The notes under the pieces: model-generated
The model's input: the letters and a program-made list of their open reading frames with translations, nothing else
Databases searched by the model: none
Told to the model about the DNA's origin: nothing
Origin: Malacoraja senta
Lineage: Eukaryota
DNA: 64,000 nt
NCBI GenBank assembly: GCA_038087875.1
Contig: CM075988.1
Location: 9,488,001 to 9,552,000, forward strand
Reading direction: 5' to 3'
Program-made: the position numbers and the translations under genes
In this document: one piece after another, positions 51,774 through 63,040 of the stretch
How positions within the stretch are numbered: position 1 is the first letter of the stretch
How the letters are laid out: every line of letters begins with the position of its first letter

Positions 51774-51863
51774 TTACAAGCGGTATCTCCATGACCTAGT
51801 GTACAGGTAGACATAGTCATCCAGCAGTTCATTGGTACGTACTGAATATCGCCCATGCCTCAC
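51774..51863 (-). CDS. Candidate last coding exon of an unidentified gene (VRHGRYSVRTNELLDDYVYLYTRSWRYRL*)
   Basis: cag acceptor with weak pyrimidine tract; 29 open codons then TAA; CAG|GTAAGG donor at 51746; non-repetitive; protein not recognised. Confidence 0.25.
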   Translation of the reverse strand: MRHGRYSVRTNELLDDYVYLYTRSWRYRL

Positions 51864-53409
51864 CTGGAGGTATTTCATAAATTATTAATATTCCATATCT
51901 CTATTCCCGATACCATGCCATGTAAAAGAGTTGAGTGCAATTTTTTGTTCAAAAGATTTTCTTGTTCTACAGATGTTACTTGGTTTGTTGAAAGTTACCA
52001 GAAAGGAGGATACATCAATATCCAGATTATGGTTCATTTCCCTTTAACTATTTTTTAGGAAGATGTCAAGCTCAACAATAATTATTTCACTGAGGCAAAC
52101 AGCTTTGATCTGTTGACAGCTTGTAGCATGGCAACGCTGTAAGCATTGTGACAGCCCCATCAGTTTTTGGTGCACTGAGTCCCAGAGTAAAAATACAAAG
52201 AGAGCTTGTAATTATCCCTGGGACTGTCATGTTGTGTGATACACCACTCCGGCTAATGACTGCCTAAGATGATTCTGAAATGGAAACAATTTGACCGGTG
52301 ACTGAAATATGCACTCATTAAGAAATAAATACTGTAAGAGATCTGAAAGACATTTTGCTGGGCAACTAACATTACTAGAAGCAGAAGCAAATGTAATAAT
52401 ATCAGAGGTGAAGTCTGAATTCAAATTATTGAAGAGGAGATTCGTGCTTGATCTGAATGAGGCAATAATTCTGAAGGATTGGAATAGAATTAAGTGGCAG
52501 TCTTTGATGTGTTTTGAGTTCATGTTGCCTTAAAATGATGTTGACAATATTTGTTGGCAGCAGCTCTTGAACACACAAATGCAGACTGCTGTGAAAAATT
52601 GTGTAAGTTCTTAGAGATAGGGTGGTAACTCCACTTTCAATTAGGATTTCAATAAGTGATAATCCAAGATGCAAAGGTTTAGGTGTAGGCCTAAGTTTGG
52701 TTTTGTCACGTCTACTGAGGTAGAGGGAAAAGATTTGTTTTGCATGCTATCAGAATCAAGCCAAACTCAAGTACAACAGAGGGAGCAAAGGGAAAGACGG
52801 AGTGCAGAATATAGTTCTCAGCATTGTTGCGCATGAGGTTAACTTCAGTGTGTAGGAAGGAACGGCAGATGCTGGTTTAAATCGAAGACAGACACAAAAT
52901 GCACGAGCAACTGAGTCGGACATGCAGCATCTCTGGAGAGAAAGAATAGGTGATGTTTCGGGTTGAGACCCTTCTTCAGACTTATTGAAATTAACATTAA
53001 GTGGAAGCAAGAGTAGGCTATTCATCCTCTGGTGCCTGATCTATCACAACTGATCATCTATCCCAGTGCCACTTTCTGTATTAACCCTGTTTCTTTTGAT
53101 CCTTCGGTTCTTATGTCCAATATACTCTGTGGCTGAGCTCTGACAGGCATCTTAGGTAGGGAATTCAATGATTCACTTCCTTCTTGGTGAAGGAATTTTT
53201 TACATTTTTGTATCTCCATTTTGGGGATTTGACCGGGCATCATGGGTTAAGTTATAACTCAGCCAAAATGATAACAATGATCTAGTGGGTAAAGTAATAA
53301 TGCACAACTGTGGAAGAAATCTTTTGCTGAAGGTGCCAACTCAATTTTGGATATAGATTCCACAGTTGATAACATCCCTCCATCCAAATAACAGTCCATC
53401 ATCCAGTCA

Positions 53410-54085
53410 GTTATAAAGTCATACAGCATGGAAATAAGCCCTACAGCCCAACAAGGTCACAAGTTATAGGAGTAGAATTAGGCCATTCGGTCCATCAAGT
53501 CAACTCTGACATTCAATTAAGGCGGATCTCTGCCTCCTAATCACATTTTCCTGCCTTCTCCCCATAACCCTTGACACCCGTTCTAATCAAGAATTTGTCT
53601 ATCTCTGCCTTAAAAAATATCCAATGACTTGGGCTCCACAGCCCTCTGTGGTAATGTGTTCTACAAGTTAACTACCCTCTGACTAAAGAAGTTCCTCCTC
53701 ACCTCCTTTTTAAACGAATGCCCTTTAATGCTGAGGCTATGATCTCTGGTCCTAGACTCTCCACCAGTGGAAACATCCCTTCCACATCCACTCTATCCAT
53801 GTCTTTCAATATTCTGTAAGTTTCAATGAGGTCCCCTCTCAACCTTCTAAACTCCAGCGAGTAGAGGCCCAGTGCTGTCAAATGCTCATCATATGCTAAC
53901 CCACTCATTCCTGGAATCATTCTTGTAAACCTCCTCTGGACCCTCTATAGAGCCAGCACATCCTTCCTCAGATATGGGGCCCAAATTTGCTCACAGTACT
54001 CCAAATGCGGCCTGACCAGTGCCTTATAGAGCCTCAGCATTACATCTCTGTTTGTTGGTATTCCAGGCCTCTTGATATAAATGCT
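53410..54085 (-). mobile_element. CR1 3' fragment
   Basis: [47 protein letters not shown]. Confidence 0.88.
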
Positions 54086-54275
54086 AGCATTGAATTTGTC
54101 TGCATCCATGACAACAAAGATGGCCCATCTAAACCTCCCATTTGCCACGTTTGGCCCATGTCCCTCTAAACATTTCCTATCCACGTCCCTTTCCAAGTGT
54201 CTTAAATGCTGTTATAGTATGTGTTATAGTACATCAGTGTTAGAATTCACAGTAGGGCATTCGTAGATTATTTAC

Positions 54276-54378
54276 CTGCACGGCCTCACTGCCAGGACCT
54301 ATCCTGGTATGACTTGCCATTCCCAAGTGTACACATATTCCATGCTGATCTCCTGTACATTTCTCTTTTCTGTATTTT
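54276..54378 (-). CDS. Candidate internal exon (103 nt; KYRKEKCTGDQHGICVHLGMASHTRIGPGSEAVQ)
   Basis: tttttttag acceptor and CAG|GTAAAT donor; the only open frame ends in phase 0, compatible with 51863. Confidence 0.25.
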
Positions 54379-54537
54379 CTAAAAAAATATTTTACCAAGG
54401 GAGCAATGTGATCCTTTATTGAATAAATATTTCATGTTAATGGGTAAACCTGACTCCAATGAATTTGAAATGTTTAACTCCATGCTTACGAACCACAGTA
54501 GAAATGTGGATGTATTGATATGCCGATAATTGAATAG

Positions 54538-55875
54538 AGATTCATTCAGTACAGAAACAGGCCGTTCGGCTCAACTTACCACTCTGACAAACAGGTCCCA
54601 TCTACACTAGTCTCACCTGCCTGCATTTGGCCCATATCCCTCTAAACCTATCTTATCCATGTATGTGTCCAAATATTCCTTCAACTTTGCATTACTACCT
54701 ACCTCAACTACCTCATCCGGCAGCTCGTTACATACACCCACCACCTTCTGTGTGAAAAGGTTACCCCTCAGGTTCCTATTAGTAGTCCCCCCCCCCCCCC
54801 CCACCCCACACCACCAGGTGGCTCGCGATCCCTTTGCCAGGGATCAACCTCGGAGCTCCAACAGCGGGAGCCTGCAGACTTTAACATCGTGGAGCTCACG
54901 GTCCCTGGTGGGAGACCGACATTGAGAGCTCCAACCCGCAGAGGCTTCAACCGCCCCGACGTGGGAGCTTCAATCGCCCTGACACGGGAGCTTCAGCCAC
55001 CAGATGCGGGAGCTTCGTTTGCCCCGAAGGATATTTCGACAAACCCGACCGCGGGAGAATATAGAGGGAAGATTGGACTTTATTGCCTTCCATCACAGTG
55101 AGGAATGTGGGGAATCTGCTTTGGTGGATGTTTATGTTAACTTTTATGTAGTTCTGTGTCTTGTTGCATTTTTTTAGTATGGCTGTATGATACTTCGAAT
55201 ATCACTGTACCTTAATTGGCACACGTGACAATAAAAGACCTTGAAACCTTAAAGGCGCTGTCCCACTGCGGCGATCTAATCCACAAGTTCTGGCGAGTTT
55301 GCCCTCGACTCATACTCACAGCATTGTCGACACGAGGTCATAGGAGGTCTTCGTAACTCTCCTTCATGCTCGAGAGTGGTCTCCATGTACTCAAGGCCTC
55401 AGGTAGGTCGCGCCATGAGTAAAAAAAGGTCGCCATGGAAAAATCAATAATTTTTTTACTCGTAGATTTAGTCGTAGTAGGTCATAGTAGGTCGGCATGT
55501 TATTCGTAGGTAATCAAGGGTAGTCGAAGGTAGTCGTAGATAGTCTTCATCATAGTCGAAGGGAGGTTGAATGAGATCGAAGGAGGTCGTCTCTACTCTC
55601 CACTATTTGGTGTCCAATTTTCTCGGTTAGACGTAGCTAATCGTAGCTAGTCGAAGCTAATCTTCAACATGGTCGAAGGAGGTAGAAGGAGGTCTTCTAC
55701 AGAGTCGAAGGAGGTCTTCAACATGTCCTTTTTTCAAACTCTACTAAACTCGCCAATTAGGTCGCCCAAGTGGGACAGCCCCTTAAATCTATGTCCTCTT
55801 GTTATTGATTCCCCTAGACTGGGGAAGAGACTCTGTGCATCTACCCAATCTAGTCCTCTCATGATTTTGTACACT
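54538..55875 (-). mobile_element. CR1 3' fragment split by a family X piece (54782-55249, +) and a MITE
   Basis: CR1 sequence stops at ttcctatta (~54781) and resumes at ctatgtcctc (~55789). Confidence 0.75.
55253..55783. mobile_element. PIF/Harbinger-like MITE with TAA TSD
   Basis: taa|aggcgctgtcccact ... agtgggacagcccct|taa. Confidence 0.85.
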
Positions 55876-56975
55876 TTGCAGTTTAATTTGCAGTTTAATA
55901 TTTTGCAGTTTAACAATCCTGTAATCCTGTACTGAAAATCAAGTGGAATGTTCAAAGCATAGATCTGTTGTTTACAACTGATACCAGCAAGAGCTTTGCA
56001 AAAATATATGTAAATCCAATGTTGCAAGTATGGTGACTGTTTAGGATTTTCTTTTCTTTGATATCAGATATTGTCTTTTGCAACAGCAATAAATAAGCAG
56101 TAAATTCAAATGAAGGTTTGATGTTCTGATTCCTTGTTGTATAGAACAAACATTATTACCATTCGAGCTGCAGTCTTTGTAAGCTGGCACAAAGAGATAA
56201 TATCTCAAATGTAAACAGTGTCAATTTGAATAATGCACCCACCTTTCACCAGAAGGAAATTGAAACACTGATTTACAGCTGAGCTATGACGCTGAGACCA
56301 CCACTGAACATGACCTGAGGAATCAATCCTCTCCAATCACGGCTTTCAAAATCCTAAAATCAGATTGATCTAATATTTGATATGCATTTATGCAGAGCCG
56401 CTACACAAGAGAAAATAAAATTGTACCTTTTCAGAATTACAATTGAAGCAATTTTAGAACGGATGTTTACTGTCTGCAGATTTCACTCAGCTACATTTGA
56501 ACTACGAAGTACAAAGTTCATACCAGCTAATTAGATTTAACCTTATTTATTTTCCGCCAGACTCTTGCCAAAGATATTATGCTAAGTAGCTAGGTAGTAT
56601 ATTACCGCTCCTAATATGTGACACATTTCCAACCCTGAGGATGAAATGCTAAGTAAAGGTTCCATCTGTCTCCCTCAATGGTTAGATGAACTGTGAAGAC
56701 CTTATAAAGAAAGAATGTGTTTTATGTATCATCTTCCATGTCCTCGGGATGTTGCAAAGTAATTCACAGCTAACACATTACGTCTGCAGTATGATCACTC
56801 ATGTTTTGTGCGGCTAATCTGCGCACAGCAACATTTTACAAATAGAATGAAAACAAGAAAAGTTATCCTGCTTTCGATGCTGTTGATGAGGCTATTAACT
56901 CAGGGAAGACATCTTCTTTGAAGTGGGACAATGGGATTTTTAACATCCAGGTGAACCAGCAGGTTGTTTCATAAT

Positions 56976-57262
56976 CGGTGGCACAGGCACGGTAGAGTTT
57001 CTGCAATACAGCGCTAGAGACCCAGGTTCGATCCTGACTATGGGTGCTGTCTGTACAGAGTTTGTACATTCTCCCCGTGACCTGCATGGGTTTTCGTCGC
57101 AAACTTCGGTTTCCTCCAAAGATGTGTAGATTTATTGGTTAATTGGCGGTATAAATGAAAATTGTTCCTAGTGTGTAGGATAGTGTTAATGTGCGGGGAT
57201 CACTGGTCGGTGCGGGCTCGGTGGGCTGAAGGGCCTCTTTCTGCGCTGTATCTCTAAACTAA
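56976..57262 (+). mobile_element. HE1-like V-SINE
   Basis: Head, V-domain and taaactaaac tail. Confidence 0.85.
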
Positions 57263-57263
57263 A

Positions 57264-57980
57264 CTTTACTGGGTCGCCGCGCTGGACCGACGCGCTGGAG
57301 CTCCGGTGAGCTGGACCGCCGAGCTCATCACCTCCGGGCCGCGGGACTGTGGAGCGACCATCCGCGGGCGGCGGCGCCGGCTCCAACATCGGGAGCCTTG
57401 AGCTCCAAATCGGCGCGGCCTTGTCGGCTTCAGGTGCTGCGGACGCCTGCGGGAAATCTGCCGTTCCAGCCGTAGTTGCGGTCTCCGGTGAGGGATGCGG
57501 CCGTTCCAGGTGGCCCAGCTGCTGGAGGACTCTCCCGACGCCGGGGCTACATCACCCGGCGAGAACGGCCAGGATCATCGGGCCTCCGTAGAGGCAATAG
57601 CGGGGGCTTCATTTGGCCTGACATTTTGGGTGAACTGGGGCTGGGGACTGGACATTGTGCCTTCCCCCACAGTGGAAATCATTGTGGGGGGATGATTTTT
57701 GTATGTAATTGTTTGTAATTGTATTTGTTAGTCTGTGTTCAAGATGGCGGTCAGAGGGGAGAGTGGACGCTGGCGCGGTTTTGCTGCCGCTGCTCTCTCC
57801 TCAAATTGTGTTTCTGATTTTCTTTTTTGTGTTTTTGGAAGGAATTCTGTCCCTGATTTGTGTATTGGTCTTTATAACTTATTTTTTTATTCTGATTATA
57901 TGTTTCCTATAAATCTCTGTAAGGTGTCCTTGAGACCTCGGTATAAGGCGCCTGTAAATAAAATTCATTATTATTATTAT
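57264..57980 (+). mobile_element. CpG-rich non-autonomous element with L2-like tail
   Basis: aagatggcgg motif; tail gtaaggtgtccttgag...aaggcgcctgtaaataaaattc(att)n; taaactaaa repeated on both sides. Confidence 0.55.
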
Positions 57981-58463
57981 TAAACTAAAATGGGACAAAG
58001 GGATCTTTAATATCCAAGTGAACCAGCAGGTTGTTTCAGTATCATCTCTCCCCAGTACCGGTGACCTTTCACTCCAGGGTTGAAGCACCCAATCCCACCA
58101 CACATCATCACATCTCATGGGCAAATAAACCATTCGCACGCATCTGAAAGGTCAGGTCCGAAAAATCCCCTGGAAATCAAAATATAAAGAGGAATGCTGG
58201 AAATGGACAGCTCAGGTAGCACCTTTGAATGAGAAACAGAGTTGATGTTTCAGATTGGAGACCCTTCATCAGAAATGTGAGTGAAACAAGTTAATGTTAT
58301 ATTGCCGAGAGATGAAGGGATAAATAGGGTCTGTCTGTCTGTCTGTCTGTCCACCCGTCCGTCCGTCCGTCCTTCCGTCTATTCCTCTCTCAAACTATTT
58401 GCAAGTTTAACTTGTTTTCCATTTTCCCAGTTATGACAAAAGATCTTCGACCTAGAACATTAA

Positions 58464-58830
58464 AGGGCCTGTCCCACGGGCATGCGACTCCATGCGGCAA
58501 GCGCGACCTAACCGGAAACGGGAGCCGTGCGGGGGCCGCGCGGAGGTCGTGGGGCCGGTCCCACTTCGATCGCCGGAGCCGTATGGAATTGTGTGGAACT
58601 GGTCCCGACATCGCGCGGGGCTCCGAAAAACTGACACTGTTCAAAAATTCCGTGCGGCAACGGCCTGCTGCCCCGCAGCCGCATCGAGGCCGTGCGCACC
58701 GCCTCAACGGCCGTACGCAGCTGCCTCGAGGCCGTGCGCACCGCCTCAATGCCGTACGCAGCCGCATCGAGGCCGTGCGCACCGCCTCGACTCCGTACAC
58801 ACCGTCTTGACGTCACTCGACCTCCACCCT
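58464..58830. mobile_element. CpG-rich PIF/Harbinger-like MITE with right TIR reduced to 4 bp
   Basis: taa|agggcctgtcccac ... ccct|taa; inserted into a Penelope-like arm; three ~42-bp internal repeats. Confidence 0.75.
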
Positions 58831-59574
58831 TAACTTAGTTTCCTTTCGCATAGACACTGCCTGGCTTGTTGAACATTTTCAACATTTTATGTTTTCAGTC
58901 CAAAATAAAACGTGTGAATTGAAGACAAAACAAACGGTGAGAAGAATGAGTGCAGGAGACCAAGAAGCTGGCCCATACAATGTTGATGTCAAAGCCATTC
59001 ACATCCTAAAGACCCGGTTCAATGAGAATAAAGACTGTAGGAGAACTGAGATAAATTCAGGACATGGAGGCAGTCGGCACAATCTGGAAGGAACACTTTA
59101 ATGTGTTCACTCAACTGAGACTTTGCCTTAGACATACGTAACCTTGATTCAACCTCACAATACATCATCCTCTACAACCTCAGTTCTAATCTAGTTCAGC
59201 CGCTGGCAGCTGATAAATAGCAAGGGTTCCAATGCAGGCAAAATACTTCTGAAGATCTTCTTGTACAAAATCGTCGCCTAATTTCCCTGCTTGGTTATCT
59301 CAGAATAAATCTTCATGAAAGGACACCAGATATTTGCAGTAATTATAAAGAGGTTGGCCTCTTCTGTATCACAGGCAAGTCATCCCAATGATCCACCTTA
59401 ATGGCCCCACCTCAGTGGCTGGAGCTCCATTGAGTTGCAGCGTCCACTCTATCCATCAGAAAGGAGCCATGTGACTAATCCAAGTAAAATATTGGAAGCA
59501 GCAGAAATCACTGAATTTGATTGGCTACTGACCTCACCAAAACCTTCAACTATGTCAGCATCCCCAGGATGAAG

Positions 59575-59750
59575 TGTGTAGGAAGGAACTGCAGATGCTG
59601 GTTTAAATCAAAGATAGTCACAAAATGCTGGAGCAACTGAGCGGGGCAAGCAGCATCTCAGTCTGAATACGAGTCTCAACCTGAAACGTCACCCATTCCT
59701 TCTCTCCAGAGATGCTGCCTGTCCCGCTGTTACTCCAGCATTTTGTGTCT
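59575..59750. mobile_element. Palindromic Penelope-like element with ~15-bp TSD
   Basis: atcccc(a/g)ggat(g/t)aag at 59560-59574 and 59751-59765. Confidence 0.78.
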
Positions 59751-60317
59751 ATCCCCGGGATTAAGACTCAGTTCATGCCCAGCCAGCTTTGGTAGCTGGG
59801 TATCCCACACACAGCCATCGGAATGCTTAGACTGCAGGCACTGAACAACATGGACACAGGGACTGATCTGATAATTTGCACTTACACTGGTTAATGCCAA
59901 GCGATGGCATTGTCCGAAAAGAATTTAACTACTTCTCCTTCCACATTCCATACTATTGCAGAATCTCTTTCTCACAATATCCTGGGGTTAGCAATATCCT
60001 GGAGTCACCATTCACTAGAATCGTAAATAGATTGGACTGATAAATACCGTGGATAATGAAAATCTACTTATTTTGGTCAACTTAATGGAGACTATTGTTT
60101 TAGGTCAGTAAAAGCCCATATTTTCTTCTGTATTGGAACCCTTCCCTCCTTCCTACCTTCCCTTCCTTTCATCCAATGATGTACCTTGGATACCAATTGT
60201 CTATTTTATTGATACATCCAAACTTTTAGTTCCATTTCCTCTTCTAACCTTACTTTGGTTCCTCTCTGATCCCATTATCTCATTTGTTGTAATGGGGAAC
60301 AGAAGTATATTATTCGG

Positions 60318-60445
60318 TCTGAAGAAGGGTCTCGACCCGAAACGTCACCTATTCCTTCGCTCCATAGATGCTGCCTCACCCGCTGAGTTTCTCCAGAATT
60401 TTTGTCTGCCTTCGATTTTTCCAGCATCTGCAATTCTTTCTTAAA
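60318..60445 (+). mobile_element. Hammerhead-motif element, best-preserved core
   Basis: ctgaaga-a-gggt-ctcg-accc-gaaa-cgtc; TSD tatat(t/a)attcgg at 60306-60317 and 60446-60457. Confidence 0.8.
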
Positions 60446-61427
60446 TATATAATTCGGATAAACTATGCTCGCATTTCTACACAAAGATAGCTCTCCAAAG
60501 TGCAAGACTGATTGTGCTTGGATCAAATGATCAACCCCAATACTAGGGTAAGCAGCAAAATAATAAGAGTGGAAACCACGAGGCAATATGAATGCAAATT
60601 CAGGAACACCTACTCAGTCTACAGTACCCTGTGAAGCAGGAGGAAGGCATTTGATTGTAAAGGTCGATTCCAGTACATGTTGTTCTGTCTTAAACAATAA
60701 ACTGTTTATGCATTTTAATAAATTGCTCCATTTGAATAACACTCATCTGAGCATGAGTCAGGATCAGTCCTAAGTTATTTGAACTGTGAAACCTCCAGGG
60801 CTCAGCAAATTGTTGTCTCCAATTACCTGTTTTGACTTTTCAGACCTCCATTAGAAAGATATTATTTCTCATTTCGATTGCCCCATGTTCTTCTGTCGAA
60901 ACAATTAACTTAATTCAAGCAGAATTAAGTTAATTCAGAACAGAAGATATAAAATTGTTCCCAAAATTGAGATTGTTTTATATAAATCTGTCAGATTTCC
61001 TCCAACATCAGATCTTTGAAGATTGATGGCGGTTGAAGAGTTTTATCTCTCTGTCTCGGACCTGTATGACCAGATACTACAAAGTTGCAGGAAGGGTAAA
61101 GTCAAACAATTTAATTTGTCTTTTTATAGCTGACAGGAATTTGTGAATTTGTTTTTGGCTTCAACCATGCACATATTCATGACTTCTGTCTGTGAAATTA
61201 GCTGGAGGTGGATCATGGCTAATCTTCCACTTCAGTTTCTTCTTCCCACTCTCATATTCCTTAATTCCTTTGGTATCCAGGAACAAAATATACACTGTAA
61301 TGTAACTATTAGTGTTGAGGAGAGGAAAATAAGCAAGAGTCACTGTGGATTAGATTTCAAGGTTTCAAGGTCTCAAGGTCAGTTTATTGTCAATGTACCA
61401 ATTAAGGTACAGTGAAATTTGAGTTTT

Positions 61428-63040
61428 AGATACATAGAAAATAGGTGCAGGAGTTGGCCATTCAGCCCTTCGAGCCAGCACTGCCATTCAATGTGATCAT
61501 GGGAAATCATCCACAATCAGTACCCCGTTCCTGCCTTCTCCCCATATCCCTAGATTCCGCTAGCCCTATCTAACTCTTTTTTGAATGCATCCAGTGAATT
61601 GGCCTCCACTGCCTTCTGAGGCAGAAAATGCCACAAATTTACAACTCTCTGTGTGAAAAAGTTTTTCCTCATTTCAGTTCCAAATGGCCTAACCGTTATT
61701 CTTAAACTGTGGCCCCTGGTTCTAGACTCCCCCAACATCGGGAACATGGTTCCTGCATTTAGCGTGTCAAATCCCTTAATAATTTTATATGTCAATAAGA
61801 TTCCCTCTCATCCTTCTAATTCCCAGTGAACACAAGCTCAGTCACTCCATTCTTTCATCATATGACAGTCCCGCCATCGCAGGAATTAACCTCGTGAACC
61901 TACGCTGCACTTCCTCAATAGCAAGAATTCCTCAAATTAGGAGACCAAAACTGCACACAATACTCCAGGTGTGGTCTCACCTGGGCCCTGTACAACTGCA
62001 GAAGGACCTATTTTCTCCTATACTCATTATGAAGTATATGAGAAAATGAAGGCCAACGTGCCATTAGCTTACTTCACTGGCTGTTGTACCTGTATGCTTA
62101 CTTTCAGTGGCTGATGTACTAGGACACCCAGGTCTCGTTGTACTTCCCCTTTTCCTAACCTGACACCATTCAGATAATAATCTGCCTTCCCGTTCTTGCC
62201 TCCAAAGAGGATGTACTTGGATAAATAGTACATTTATCCACATTATACTGCATCTGCCATGCATCTGCCCATTCACCCAACCTGTCCAAGTCACTCTGCA
62301 TCCTCATAGCATCCTCTTCACAGTTCACACTGCCACCCAGCTTTGTGTCATCTGCAAATTTGCTAATGTTACTTTTAATTCCTTCATATAAATCATTAAT
62401 GTATATTGTAAATAGCTGTGGTCCCAACACCGAGCCCTGCAGCACCCCAATAGTCATTGCCTGCCATTCTGAAAGTGACCCATTAATCCCTACTCTTTGT
62501 TTCCTGTCTGCCAACCAATTTTCTATCCATGTCAATACCATACCCGCAATACCATGTGCTCTAATTTTGCCCACTAATCTCCTGTGTGGGACCTTATCAA
62601 AGGCTTTCTGAAAGTCCAGTTACACTACATCCATTAGCTCTCCCTTGTCCATTTTACTTGTTACATCCTCAAAAGATTCCAGAAGATTTGTCAAGCATGA
62701 TTTCCCCATTGTAAATCCAGGCTGACTTGGACCGATCCTGTTACTGCTATCCAAATGCGCCGATATTACACCTTTAATAATCGACTACAGCATCTTCCTC
62801 ACCACTGATGTCAGACTAACTGGTTTATAATTCCCTGCTTTCTCTCTCCCTCCTTTCTTGAAAAGTGGAATAACATTAGCTACCCTCCAATCCACAGGAA
62901 CTGATCCAGAATCTATAGAACATTGGAAAATGATCACCAATTGCGTCCACAATATCTAGAACCATCTCCTTGAGTACCCTGGGATGCAGACCACCAGGCC
63001 CTGGGGGTTTATCAGCCTTCAGTCCCATCAGTCTCCCCAC
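61428..63040 (-). mobile_element. CR1/HER1 LINE, 5'-truncated RT region to 3' tail
   Basis: GVLQGSVLGPQLFTIYINDL, ISKFADDTKLGG and CR1 tail; frameshifted. Confidence 0.92.

Larger units (their letters stand above)
56725..58080 (-). mobile_element. Old Deu-domain SINE (SacSINE1-like), split by younger insertions
   Basis: gcggctaatctgcgcacagcaa and atgggatttttaacatcca resemble the reverse-complement Deu domain as I recall it. Confidence 0.55.
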
